A stretch of 64,000 nt of DNA, taken from positions 15,149-79,148 of IMG/VR virus record IMGVR_UViG_3300003890_000025; one strand, given 5' to 3'. Source of the DNA: a virus. Below, in pieces: positions 46,168-56,524 of this stretch; within the stretch, counting starts at the first letter, position 1; the number at the start of each line of letters is the position of its first letter. A model generated the notes under the pieces. That model searched no databases. It worked only from the letters and a program-made list of their open reading frames with translations, and was not told the origin of the DNA. A program made the position numbers and the translations under genes.

Positions 46168-47307
46168 ATGACTAAATTACGTTTAAGCCATAGCTCAGTA
46201 TCTTCTTACCAACTTTGTGGTAAAAAATACTATTACCATTATATTGAGAAATGGAGAGATAAAGAGACTAGCGCAGCTTTATTGTTTGGTACTGCTTTAG
46301 ATAAAACAATAGAATCAATACTAAAGGATATAAAACAAAAATCATACGACGATACTTTACAGACATACTTCAATATCTTTACTAACCAATGGCGTAATGG
46401 TTATATTAATAAATCATATGAGTCTTTATGGGAGAATGAAAGGCTAGTATACGCTGCTTCTGATTTTGATTCAGATCTTTTACAGTCCAAGGATCTATTA
46501 TTTCTATTCAGTAGACTTGATTCAGAGTATAAAGAATTAGGAATTTATACTGATCCTAATCAAGTTTTAGATATTTTCTATTCACTTAGAAAGAAGAAAG
46601 AAACTAGTGGTTGGGATAATATGACTATACCTGAGAAGAGGTTTTATAACCTAGTCAACTGGTCTTGTTTATATAAAAAAGGTTTATTAATGATTGAAGC
46701 CTTCCGTAGAGATATAAAACCAAAAATCAAAGAAGTAATTGACATTCAAAGGGAGATATCACTAGAAAACGAAGAAGGGGATTCGGTTATAGGATTTATA
46801 GATGCTATATTAAAATTAGACGATGATTCGATAGTCATTATTGATTTTAAGACCTCTGCTAGAGATTATGCCTATGACTCGGTTATAAAAAGTCCTCAAC
46901 TATCATTATATTTACACGCTGTGGAAAATGAATATAATACCAGAAAGGCTGGTTTTATAGTATTTAAAAAAGGTATAAATAAGCAAAGAAGTAAAATATG
47001 CTCTAAGTGTTCTTTTAACGGCACTGGAAGCAAGGCTAAGACTTGTACTAATGAGATAGGCGGGAAAAGGTGCGGAGGTGAGTGGGATGAGAAAATAAAT
47101 CCTATAGCAGAAACACAAGTTATAGTTAGCGATATACCTAAATATTTTGAAAATATAGTTATAGAAAATTTTATGGAAGTAAATGCGGCAATAAAGGCAG
47201 AAGTCTTTCCAAGAAATTTCTCAGCCTGTGAAAGTCCATTTCCGTGTCCATATATAAAACTATGTCATAAAGGTATAGTTGATGGTTTAGAAAAGGAGGA
47301 AAAATGA
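46168..47307 (+). CDS. Cas4-like PD-(D/E)xK exonuclease
   Basis: LSHSS..YQLC, GFIDA..IDFKT, QLSLY, C-terminal CESPFPCPY..C; ATG 46168 is 6 nt after TATAAT. Confidence 0.85.
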   Translation: MTKLRLSHSSVSSYQLCGKKYYYHYIEKWRDKETSAALLFGTALDKTIESILKDIKQKSYDDTLQTYFNIFTNQWRNGYINKSYESLWENERLVYAASDFDSDLLQSKDLLFLFSRLDSEYKELGIYTDPNQVLDIFYSLRKKKETSGWDNMTIPEKRFYNLVNWSCLYKKGLLMIEAFRRDIKPKIKEVIDIQREISLENEEGDSVIGFIDAILKLDDDSIVIIDFKTSARDYAYDSVIKSPQLSLYLHAVENEYNTRKAGFIVFKKGINKQRSKICSKCSFNGTGSKAKTCTNEIGGKRCGGEWDEKINPIAETQVIVSDIPKYFENIVIENFMEVNAAIKAEVFPRNFSACESPFPCPYIKLCHKGIVDGLEKEEK

Positions 47308-47525
47308 AAGAAGTTAAAGAGGTAAAGGTAAACGAAACATTTAGTGGGTTGGGTATGAAGAAATTAGGGAAAGATGAATATATAGTATATAGAATTAATG
47401 TAGACTCAGAAGGAAGTGGTGACATAGAAGTTATCAAAAAACTAGACTCCAAAGCTGAGTGTATTGCTCTATATCAACTTGAAAATGTAAAATCTGTATT
47501 AGAGTTTAATGACTTAAAATAAAAC

Positions 47526-47969
47526 ATGATTAGACACTTACTATTATACTTAATAGTAATAGTTACTATATCATCATGTGCTTCTAGGTACTCTCATCTT
47601 AATGAGTTAAGAGGTTATTTTAATAGATTCGAGAAAGAAAGTCATGAGCACGGATGCTTTATAGATACTTCTAAAGTTATTTTAGCTTTTTATAAATTAA
47701 AACAGGGCACAGTAGCCTTTGTTTTGATGGTAAGTAAATACCCACTAATAATCATAGTTGATCATGAATGGTGGTCTAATGCAAGCGAGTTTGATAGGTT
47801 TAATGTAGTGAGACACGAAGGAGGTCATGCTTTCCTATTGCTAGATCATGATGACTCTAAACCTGATATTATGAATACATTTTTAATAGAAAAAGAATAC
47901 TTCTATAGAGGTATTATAAAGGACTTTTATGATAAATGTCCGCCTTACCTTAAAAATAAACGAAAATAA
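47526..47969 (+). CDS. Zn-metalloprotease lipoprotein
   Basis: ISSC lipobox; HEGGHAFLLLDH...IM. Confidence 0.7.
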   Translation: MIRHLLLYLIVIVTISSCASRYSHLNELRGYFNRFEKESHEHGCFIDTSKVILAFYKLKQGTVAFVLMVSKYPLIIIVDHEWWSNASEFDRFNVVRHEGGHAFLLLDHDDSKPDIMNTFLIEKEYFYRGIIKDFYDKCPPYLKNKRK

Positions 47970-47977
47970 TATAATAC

Positions 47978-50134
47978 CTATTTAGCGTCACTCCACCTAT
48001 TAACTATAACTGGAATAGCTTTCATAGGTACACTAACCTCTTTAGTAACAGAGTTATTTTCCATACACTTCTGTAGTATTTTAGATACTTCTTCAGATTG
48101 CTCTGTTTTACATAAAACTGTTATTTGATCGTGTACTTGACAACATATATAAGCATCTAATCCTCTATTTTTAATTTCATTATAAAAGTCTATACATGCT
48201 TTATTCATTATCGAAGCAGCTAAGGACTGAATAGGGAAGTTATATCCATTTCTCTGTTCATTATTAATTATAGCTTTAGCTTCTTTAATTGAATGTATAT
48301 TAAACTCAGCTTCTAATAACCTTAAACTCTTAATCAAATCTTTATGATTAAATGGATTAAATCCTTTTTTATACAAGAAAGGTATTACTGCTGCTCTTCT
48401 TCTTCTGCCTAATAAATTATTAACAAATCCATATTTTTTTAATTGAAAGGTACAGGAACTATGGTATTTTAATAGATTAGGATAAGCCTTAAAATACCTA
48501 TTTTTTAGAATAACAGCCTCTTCTAAAGGTATTTTTAGTTCTTCTGATAGTTTATATTCTGTCATACCATAAGCTAACCCCAAAGCCCAAGTCTTTACTT
48601 TATCTCTAAGCTTAGGAGCAACTAGCTTTAAAAAATTAGGATCTTTTGGATTAGATGAATATTTATTATCTTTCATAACAGTTAGATAAACTTGTGAGTA
48701 AAAATCCAATCCTTCTGTATATACTTTTTTAATAGAGTCTTCAGAGCTAATGTGACTAAAACACTTTGGTTCTAGTGATTCTTGATCACTATCTATTAAT
48801 ACGTATCCCTCATCAGGTATAATACCTTTTTTAATACGATTATCTCTTGATGGTATGTTTTGAAAGTTAGGTGAATTGGAGCTGTATCTTCCACTAGTAG
48901 TTCCTACTTGATTAAAACTTGGATAAATTCTACCGTCAATATTTTGTTCTAAAAAAGGTATTACATAAGTACTTAGTAATTTCTTCTCTTTAGCCCTATC
49001 TGATAATAGTTTAAGTACTACGCTTTTATCTTCATATTTTTCTGATAACTCTTTAATTATAGCAGCAGTGACAGCTCTTTTACCTTTGGCTGTTTCTGTC
49101 TTACACGGTAGTCCTAAAACATCGAATAATAGAAAGGCTTTATCATCATTAGAATCCAGATTAAATACTCGTTTAACTTTATTTTTAGCTTTATAGAAAT
49201 CCCATAACTTAGTAAGTGGGTAATTAGGAGGGTCTAAAGTATAACCTTCAGACAATACCCACCTACCAAAACCTGATTTTTTAGTAATAGTTATACTTTC
49301 TTTTAACCTAGTTAATTCATAACCCTTAACTGATTCTTCTATCAATGAATATATCTCATCCTCTATACCCTCTATACGCTGCTCCATTTCTACTTTTAGT
49401 TTTTCAAAATAAGGTATATCTATTCTTAATCCAGTTGTGTTTAACTGATAAGTAACTGGTAATAAAGCCATAACCTCTTCAAACCATAGCTTCTGTAAGC
49501 CCTGTTTTTCTATTTCTGGGTAAAATCTATTATATAACCCGAAAGTCATTAATACGTCCATAGCACAATAAGTACCTATAAGTTCCCAATTACCCTTATA
49601 CAGTTCCTTATCATCCTTAAGCCATCTACCGCCACTATCAATTACAGACTGCCTTAAATCCTCTTGAGGATTGCTACAACTATAGTCTAAGTATTTAATG
49701 GCTAAGTCCTTAAGTCCGTGAGGAGGACTCTCATTTATAACTGTGTGATGCAATAAACAAGTATCAGCCCAGAAGTTTTCTATAATCTCGATCCCAAAAG
49801 TATTACTAATAGATTTAGCGTCAAAGCTAGAGTTATGTCCTAAAAGCCTTTTAGACTTCGTTAATTGCCCTATAATGAACGATTTTACTATATTATACGC
49901 CTCAGTACTCCAAGGATTAATTAGTCCTTCCTCTGGACTATAAATCTGTATAGGTATGTAATAGGCCTCATCCTCTGAGACGGCAATGCCTATACCTATT
50001 ACATCACAGAACCTGCCTAGTCCGTTAGTCTCAGTATCTATAGCTATTAGCTCTGCTTTATCTATAATAGACTGAGCTTGGGCTAACTTCTCTAAATTAT
50101 TGATCAGTATAATCTTTTTATCTTTATTCCACAC
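47978..50134 (-). CDS. polA: Family A DNA polymerase with 3'-5' exonuclease domain
   Basis: IDTET, HNSSFD, TTSGRYSSNSPNFQNIP, KTWALGLAYG, NFPIQS, VHDQ. Confidence 0.93.
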   Translation of the reverse strand: MWNKDKKIILINNLEKLAQAQSIIDKAELIAIDTETNGLGRFCDVIGIGIAVSEDEAYYIPIQIYSPEEGLINPWSTEAYNIVKSFIIGQLTKSKRLLGHNSSFDAKSISNTFGIEIIENFWADTCLLHHTVINESPPHGLKDLAIKYLDYSCSNPQEDLRQSVIDSGGRWLKDDKELYKGNWELIGTYCAMDVLMTFGLYNRFYPEIEKQGLQKLWFEEVMALLPVTYQLNTTGLRIDIPYFEKLKVEMEQRIEGIEDEIYSLIEESVKGYELTRLKESITITKKSGFGRWVLSEGYTLDPPNYPLTKLWDFYKAKNKVKRVFNLDSNDDKAFLLFDVLGLPCKTETAKGKRAVTAAIIKELSEKYEDKSVVLKLLSDRAKEKKLLSTYVIPFLEQNIDGRIYPSFNQVGTTSGRYSSNSPNFQNIPSRDNRIKKGIIPDEGYVLIDSDQESLEPKCFSHISSEDSIKKVYTEGLDFYSQVYLTVMKDNKYSSNPKDPNFLKLVAPKLRDKVKTWALGLAYGMTEYKLSEELKIPLEEAVILKNRYFKAYPNLLKYHSSCTFQLKKYGFVNNLLGRRRRAAVIPFLYKKGFNPFNHKDLIKSLRLLEAEFNIHSIKEAKAIINNEQRNGYNFPIQSLAASIMNKACIDFYNEIKNRGLDAYICCQVHDQITVLCKTEQSEEVSKILQKCMENNSVTKEVSVPMKAIPVIVNRWSDAK

Positions 50135-50424
50135 TAGTTTAAAGTTCCCTTTGTGGGTTCGTTATCACTTAGTTCTTCGTCGATAGTCTCTATAGCCACA
50201 ACATAATCAACCTTTATTGCCATTACTGGCCTTAGTTTATAAGTAGATTCTGCATAGACTCCTAAATATACAAACCTAGAATCAGAGTCTACAAAAACTC
50301 CCTCGTAAGCTCTAAACCCTACTACGTAATCGCCACTTCCTTGATCTGCGGTATCAGAGATATTAGTCATAACCCTAACTACTTTGTTTAAAAAAGTATT
50401 GTTTAGTTTACTCATTATCCCCAC
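50134..50424 (-). CDS. Hypothetical protein
   Basis: Between helicase and polymerase genes. Confidence 0.55.
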   Translation of the reverse strand: MGIMSKLNNTFLNKVVRVMTNISDTADQGSGDYVVGFRAYEGVFVDSDSRFVYLGVYAESTYKLRPVMAIKVDYVVAIETIDEELSDNEPTKGTLN

Positions 50425-52364
50425 CCACTATCGTCTTTTTCATCTCTTTTACTTGCTAATCTATCTCTAAGCTCTTCTAGCTGTATTCTCTCGTCTGAGG
50501 TTAATTCTTTAATAATCCCTCGACTGCCGTCCCAAGAAAAATCTAAACTAAATACTCCACCTAAAGTATTCTTTAAACAGTTAATAGTAATAAACTTATC
50601 GTCTTCTGGGGTATTAGGACTAAACCCTTCTCTATAAACTGATAAGACTGTTCTAAAATTCTGTTCTAGGGCTGATGCCCCTTTTATCTTTCTCATAGAG
50701 AGTAGTGGAGAAGAAGCGTCTCCAGCACTCTTTTGGGGCTGTACTAGGGTTATAACACAAGTTTCTAAATCTGTAGATAAGTCCTTTATCTGTGCAGAAA
50801 TATATGCACTATTGGCAGTAGAATCGCTATAAGGACCAGAAATAAGCTCTAAGTAGTCTAATACCACTAACTTTATTTTTTCTCCCCTTTTGTCCTGTTG
50901 TTCTATTATTAGTTCCCTAATATCTTGTACAGTTTGTCCTGATTTAAAGCTAATTGGAAAATTACCGTATTTTTCTTTTACAGCTACACAAATCCTGTCT
51001 CTCTCTTTATGATTATTCCTAAAAATATTTATTAATTCTCTATCGCTATATCCACTTACGTTCATAGCCATTTTAGCAAACACAATAGGCTTACCCATAT
51101 CAAGACTACAAAACAATCCAGTAGATCCAGTCTCTCTTGCATTAGATAGTAGCTGTAAAGCCATGCTAGTCTTACCGCTTCCAGGACTACCTAAAAGACC
51201 TACACTAGTAGAAGTTAATAACATTAATTTTTCGTCTAATGATTTTAGTCCAGTCTTAATTAAGTTTTTATCTAGGTTTACAGAAAAGTCTACAAAAGAC
51301 TTAGCCATGTCTACTACATTAGTAACAGAGTCTTTTTTGGGTTTACAGGAACCCCTACCTTTACACAACTCCATTAAAAACTCATGTTCTTTGCAAGAAT
51401 AAGTACCTCCTTTCCAATTAGGAGAATAAACTGACGATATTATATTATTCCATAAATGATTTTTATTAAATTCTTTAATAGCGGATTCAGCCTTATTTGG
51501 ATTAACTAATCTAGTACGGTCTGTGTAAAGCTCTAAAGCTCCTTTAAGTATTCTATAAGTAACTTCTTTTGGAGTTCCTGTTGCTTTATAATGTGCCGCT
51601 AAAGCAATTAGACTCTGTTGCCTAGACCCGTCATTCATTATGCCGTTTAGTATCATATATTTACATACAGGCATCCCTTTTGGGGCTTTAGAAATATCAA
51701 CCTCTTCTAATAAAGAATCTGATTTTGTGGGATTAATATCCTGCTTTGATAACTCTAATATAGACTCTGGTAGATTTACTTTATTATATTCCCAATCAGC
51801 AGCATTATCTAAATTTGAGGCTAATTTAATTATTTCCTTAGCCCCTAACTCAGCTAATTGATAAAATGTTATAGGTAGTTTATATAGACCCGTCTCATTA
51901 TGTTTAGTACAAGGTATTCTAAATATACGACTAGCATTATATATTGCCGAGTCAAAAGTAGGTAGTCCAGAGGCTAGTGCTTGTGCGATACGCTTAGCTT
52001 CAGTTGGTGTAAAATTAGAGGTTGTTTCTAATTCTACAGAAAATCCTTTATTACCAGAAAAAGATATAACTAAATCATCAGTCTTTATTCCCTTAGATAT
52101 TAGCCTAGATACCAGTTCTATAGTATTATCTCTAGCTTCTTCTAAATTATCTTTAGAATCGAAATCCCATACCAATCTAGTACCTATTACATCAGTTATC
52201 CCAGATACACTTTTTTTATCTAACCATTCTTTATAATGATTTTCATTATAAAGGTAAATACTTCTGTAATAGTCTTTATCTGACGTTGTTATGTAATTAA
52301 ATAAATCTTCTTCAGGTACAAGTTTTCCAGAATCTGCTAACCCCTCTGTTAGTCTAACATACAT
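50415..52364 (-). CDS. Primase-helicase (AEP-like N-terminus, SF4 helicase C-terminus)
   Basis: WDFD, FSGNKGF, RIFRIP; GSPGSGKTS, LDYLELI, KGASALEQ. Confidence 0.85.
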   Translation of the reverse strand: MYVRLTEGLADSGKLVPEEDLFNYITTSDKDYYRSIYLYNENHYKEWLDKKSVSGITDVIGTRLVWDFDSKDNLEEARDNTIELVSRLISKGIKTDDLVISFSGNKGFSVELETTSNFTPTEAKRIAQALASGLPTFDSAIYNASRIFRIPCTKHNETGLYKLPITFYQLAELGAKEIIKLASNLDNAADWEYNKVNLPESILELSKQDINPTKSDSLLEEVDISKAPKGMPVCKYMILNGIMNDGSRQQSLIALAAHYKATGTPKEVTYRILKGALELYTDRTRLVNPNKAESAIKEFNKNHLWNNIISSVYSPNWKGGTYSCKEHEFLMELCKGRGSCKPKKDSVTNVVDMAKSFVDFSVNLDKNLIKTGLKSLDEKLMLLTSTSVGLLGSPGSGKTSMALQLLSNARETGSTGLFCSLDMGKPIVFAKMAMNVSGYSDRELINIFRNNHKERDRICVAVKEKYGNFPISFKSGQTVQDIRELIIEQQDKRGEKIKLVVLDYLELISGPYSDSTANSAYISAQIKDLSTDLETCVITLVQPQKSAGDASSPLLSMRKIKGASALEQNFRTVLSVYREGFSPNTPEDDKFITINCLKNTLGGVFSLDFSWDGSRGIIKELTSDERIQLEELRDRLASKRDEKDDSGWG

Positions 52365-52417
52365 AAAAACACCTCATAGTATAATTATACCATAATTGAT
52401 ATTAATGGATAATACTA

Positions 52418-53113
52418 TTATATATTCCAATTATTTCTTTTTAAAGCTTCTATTGCTATTGGACACTTATCGCTCTGTTCAACCTCTTCCAGCATTAATT
52501 GGGCAAGGATTCTAATTTCAGGCTGTGCGTGTTCAGAATTTCTAAGTTTTTGATAATTTGCAAAACTTCTCAAATTCATAACTGTAACTCTCTCGGTCAT
52601 ATTAGACTGAGGTAGAACTCCTCTTATTAACTCTCTAGCTCTTTTATACTCTGTGTTTGTTATAATTCCATTTTTTTCTGATTTCTTTAATTTATCTAAC
52701 ATCGTTAAGTAAAATTGATTAGATAAAGTACAGATCTTATTATAATCATCTATAGTATCAGGATCTATACCAGCCTTAGTCTGAATAGCTATTACATCAT
52801 TTGGCAATAAGAAGAAGTCGCTCGGCATAGTTCTGTACCTAGCACTCTGGCCACTATGAGACGCAATTCTATGAGTCATATGCTGTCTATCTGTAAAAAT
52901 AGGTATACGCATCCAGAATCTAAACACTACGCCTTCAAAAGGAGTTGAGTGACCTAGATCGGCTAACATATTTACCACTCTATCTACGTCTTTATAAGTT
53001 TTGGTTTTTTTGCTCTGATAGGTAGAAGAACTAGTCCAGGCCATTTCAGCTATAGCTCGATCGCTACCAAACACGTCTTGTAATTCAACTTCAATTTGAC
53101 CTTGTTTTTTCAT
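52418..53113 (-). CDS. thyX: Flavin-dependent thymidylate synthase
   Basis: HSTPFE, RQHMTHR..S...SARY, LRNSEHAQPEIR. Confidence 0.92.
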   Translation of the reverse strand: MKKQGQIEVELQDVFGSDRAIAEMAWTSSSTYQSKKTKTYKDVDRVVNMLADLGHSTPFEGVVFRFWMRIPIFTDRQHMTHRIASHSGQSARYRTMPSDFFLLPNDVIAIQTKAGIDPDTIDDYNKICTLSNQFYLTMLDKLKKSEKNGIITNTEYKRARELIRGVLPQSNMTERVTVMNLRSFANYQKLRNSEHAQPEIRILAQLMLEEVEQSDKCPIAIEALKRNNWNI

Positions 53114-53279
53114 TATAACTTTCTCCTTACATTAACAATAAAACTTAGTATTAGTAGAAACTATTATTAATGTTATTGTTTATCCTGGTCACCATTGTTA
53201 TCAATCACTTTATTAATATATGTAATTCTAAAATCTTTATTACATTTAGGACAGTGAGATGGGCAAGACATATAACACT

Positions 53280-53537
53280 CTATTCTATTGAATCGTTAAA
53301 ATTATCATCTTTCAGCTCTAACTCTTGATCCTTTAAAGCCAATTCAAAATATTTATGATTCTTAGATATACCGTCTGGTTTAATGACTATATCAAACATA
53401 CTGGGATAATGCTTTAATACTCTTCTAACAGACTCTCTTATCTCTTTTTTAGTAGGCATTTTTCCTGGTCTACAAAGACTTAAGAGATATTCTCTAGCCA
53501 TCTTTATAGCTCTTAATTTCTCTGATCTAACACTCAT
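53280..53537 (-). CDS. Hypothetical protein
   Basis: AGGAG RBS. Confidence 0.55.
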   Translation of the reverse strand: MSVRSEKLRAIKMAREYLLSLCRPGKMPTKKEIRESVRRVLKHYPSMFDIVIKPDGISKNHKYFELALKDQELELKDDNFNDSIE

Positions 53538-53596
53538 ACTATTATCTCCTTAACATAATATAACATGATTATACTTAATATAGCAATCATTAAGAT

Positions 53597-56404
53597 CTAT
53601 TCTAATATACAAGCTCCACCAACACAAGCTAATAGCTCTGTTCTATTGGTATTATCTTGATCTTCCTTAACCTCTTTTAAGTCTATTTCCTTAACTAATT
53701 TAGACATTTGTTCATAAGTTTCCTTAGAACACTCTTCAAACGGAGCCTGTTTATAAGTACCTCCGTCGTATGGTAATAAACTAATGCCTGAATATAAATC
53801 TCTATATTCCCACATAGAATCTCTTAAAGAATCCCATTCATCCTCTTTAACAGATATAGTTACTGACACATTGTGTCTGTTGTCTCCTGACCTATGGCCA
53901 TGAGCCACCCAGTTACGATTATACATAAGTGCCCTGTTTAATAGACTTAAAGCCGTCTCCTTCTCTCTAACTATAGCCCCTTCTGGACTTTCTTGAGGTA
54001 TGCTGACAACTACCCCACTAGCACTCATTATATCCTCTTCTACTAATTCAGGAATTACGTTTTTAAGGTAAATGGCTAGAGCATCATCTTTATTCATTCT
54101 AATTCTTCTTATATAATAAGGTGCGTGTCTAGCATGAATACCACTAGATGATTGAAGAACACAACTGGCTGATCCTTCTGGTTTAATAGTAGTTGATCTA
54201 GCAGAAAGATTAATGCCTAATTTCTTTGCGTATTTTTCATTAACCTCTAGTACTAGATCAGCTCCTTTTCTTAGCATTTCAGCATTTATTATACCTCTAC
54301 CATCTGCAATACCTGTGAAACTAACTCCCAATAGAGCCTCTCTTTCTGTGGTCTGTTTCCATATAGGCCTTAAGTAATGAAAATCTGTGTAACTCGCTTG
54401 TAAAGTACCAATTAATGCCGCTGCATAAATCCTATTATAGAAGTCTTTTTCTGACTCTATACCAGTCTGATTAATTGTAGTTAAGTTGCAGAATTGATTT
54501 GGATTTAGGGAAATTTCGTGGCATTGTCCAGTTATTACTCCGTTAAATATTCCCAAGTGTCTTTTAGGCTCATTAAAACAGTATACAGTCTCAGCTACTC
54601 CTGACTCAACAATATTAGAGACAACTACGAACTGTGAGGCATCTCTATTTGGATGTTTGTCAAATGTCATCCTTTCACAATGTAATCCCAATGATTTTAA
54701 GTGCTGTATTTGTTCAGCTCCGATACAAATTCTTCTGGCGTCTTGGCAATGATAGAGTTTACTTTCTTCCTTATGGTCAGGTAAATATCTCATACCATCC
54801 TTCTGAACAAGCATTATCTTAGACTGTACTCCTAGCGTAGATAACATAGCTTGTAGATTATTAAGGAATTGAAAATTTACAGAAGTTAATTGAAGTCCTC
54901 CGTCCTTTAGCTCTGTACCATCTCCATCGAATAGTCCAGATAACCAATCAATTCTTGACTTAATACTATAATTAATAGGTACGAAGCTTTTTGACATAGG
55001 AACGTTATTTAATACAACTCTATATCTCTTATTGTCCTCTTCCCACTTAACTGACTTCTTGTCCTGTATACGTTCAAGACATGCGGCTTTTGAAGCATAT
55101 ACATATAAGGTCTTACTCATCTCAATACCTTCAGCAGAAATAAATCCTTGGGTATAAGCATTATTTAACTCTTTAGTAAACTCCAGGACAGGGAAATCGT
55201 GCTTAATGAGCTTCATCCCTATTTCTAAGTCTTTAGCTTCAACTACCTTAGTTCCACCATAACAGTTTGTAGAAATATGAAACTTATGATATTTGGTGCA
55301 AGTTATTGAACGACCGTCACTAAAAGATATTGTAAGTACTTCTTGGTTATATCCTGTAACTTTAGGAGTTACTTTACTCCACTCAAATCCATTCCATATT
55401 TCTACCTCAGTATCTACTAAAGCATCAATACGTTCGTATCCACTCCTAGTTAAGATTTTTGTATCTCCCGTTACACAGGGATTAAATCCCCAATCTGTAT
55501 TATTAGTCCAACTAAACCCAGGTTCTCCTGAACCTGAATCTTTACACATTTTAAAGATATAATCAAATTCCTCCTTAGTTACTTCTGATCTAGGTAGTAT
55601 TGCGCTATTATTAGCTCTAGCTCTATAAGGATGCTTTTCCCACCATGCACCATGTTTGCATTTTAGCATTTCTTCATCATCTCTATCAAATAAAGAAATT
55701 AACGCAGCTCTTCTAATACCTCCTGCCAATACCGCGTCAGAAGTTATACAAACTATATCGTGTACTTCTATAGGTTTTAACTTCCTGCCTATAGCCTCTT
55801 TTAACTTTTCTTCTACCATCTTTAACATCGTTTTTAAAGGCTCTGGACCAGGTGCCCTAGCTCCAGTAGTAACTAAATAAGATCCTTTAGGCCTTACTGA
55901 TCTAAAGTCAAATTCAGGTCTAATCTTTCCAAAGAAGTAGGCTTCGATTAAAGTGTTTAGGGCTTCTGCCCAACCTTGTATGGAATCATGTACTATATAT
56001 ATTCCAGACTCTCTTGGTTTTTGTATTGTAGGTAGTTGCTGTACATGCTTCTTTTGTACCGAGAAGCCAAACCCTACTCCAGAGAGTAGTAGGAATAATG
56101 CTTCACTAAAAGCTTTAGAATTATCTATAGGAGCATAACTACAATTATATAACCTAGCATTATTAGTTAATATAGCGTCTCCAGAAAACTGTAGACTTCT
56201 CATAGAAGGCATTACTTTTAGCTCATGGACTCTTTGATAGGCTTTAATTATATCTCTGGATATTTTTGGAAATCTTTCTAAATGCATGGACATATTACGA
56301 TTTATGGTTTCCTCTAAACTTTCCCTACGTCCTAAATGTGGAATATATTTAGAATATGTTCTAAAAGCTACAATATCAGATAGTAATTTGTTGGAATTAT
56401 TCAA
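53597..56404 (-). CDS. nrdJ: Class II (AdoCbl-dependent) ribonucleotide reductase containing an intein
   Basis: PSMRSL, YNC, GGIRRAALISL, NP|C-HEI, TIKPEGS, C-terminal CVGGAC; TTG start with AAGGAGG. Confidence 0.9.
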   Translation of the reverse strand: MNNSNKLLSDIVAFRTYSKYIPHLGRRESLEETINRNMSMHLERFPKISRDIIKAYQRVHELKVMPSMRSLQFSGDAILTNNARLYNCSYAPIDNSKAFSEALFLLLSGVGFGFSVQKKHVQQLPTIQKPRESGIYIVHDSIQGWAEALNTLIEAYFFGKIRPEFDFRSVRPKGSYLVTTGARAPGPEPLKTMLKMVEEKLKEAIGRKLKPIEVHDIVCITSDAVLAGGIRRAALISLFDRDDEEMLKCKHGAWWEKHPYRARANNSAILPRSEVTKEEFDYIFKMCKDSGSGEPGFSWTNNTDWGFNPCVTGDTKILTRSGYERIDALVDTEVEIWNGFEWSKVTPKVTGYNQEVLTISFSDGRSITCTKYHKFHISTNCYGGTKVVEAKDLEIGMKLIKHDFPVLEFTKELNNAYTQGFISAEGIEMSKTLYVYASKAACLERIQDKKSVKWEEDNKRYRVVLNNVPMSKSFVPINYSIKSRIDWLSGLFDGDGTELKDGGLQLTSVNFQFLNNLQAMLSTLGVQSKIMLVQKDGMRYLPDHKEESKLYHCQDARRICIGAEQIQHLKSLGLHCERMTFDKHPNRDASQFVVVSNIVESGVAETVYCFNEPKRHLGIFNGVITGQCHEISLNPNQFCNLTTINQTGIESEKDFYNRIYAAALIGTLQASYTDFHYLRPIWKQTTEREALLGVSFTGIADGRGIINAEMLRKGADLVLEVNEKYAKKLGINLSARSTTIKPEGSASCVLQSSSGIHARHAPYYIRRIRMNKDDALAIYLKNVIPELVEEDIMSASGVVVSIPQESPEGAIVREKETALSLLNRALMYNRNWVAHGHRSGDNRHNVSVTISVKEDEWDSLRDSMWEYRDLYSGISLLPYDGGTYKQAPFEECSKETYEQMSKLVKEIDLKEVKEDQDNTNRTELLACVGGACILE
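54524..55477 (-). mobile_element. Intein (318 aa) with LAGLIDADG endonuclease, Gln C-terminus
   Basis: CVTGDTKIL start, CTKYHKF block B, WLSGLFDGDG, ends NGVITGQ/C at the catalytic Cys. Confidence 0.9.
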
Positions 56405-56524
56405 TTTCAGCCCTCCTTTAAGATCACAATGATATATAATTATTGTAACATATCAAGCAACTATGCTATAATAGATTTATGATAATTTTTTATTAATAAA
56501 TATTTTTAAGGAGATAGTTTTAAA

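Noticed and set aside
46168-47307. Cas4-like gene as part of a CRISPR system
   Set aside because: No array or other cas genes; solo Cas4-like nucleases are common in phage recombination modules.
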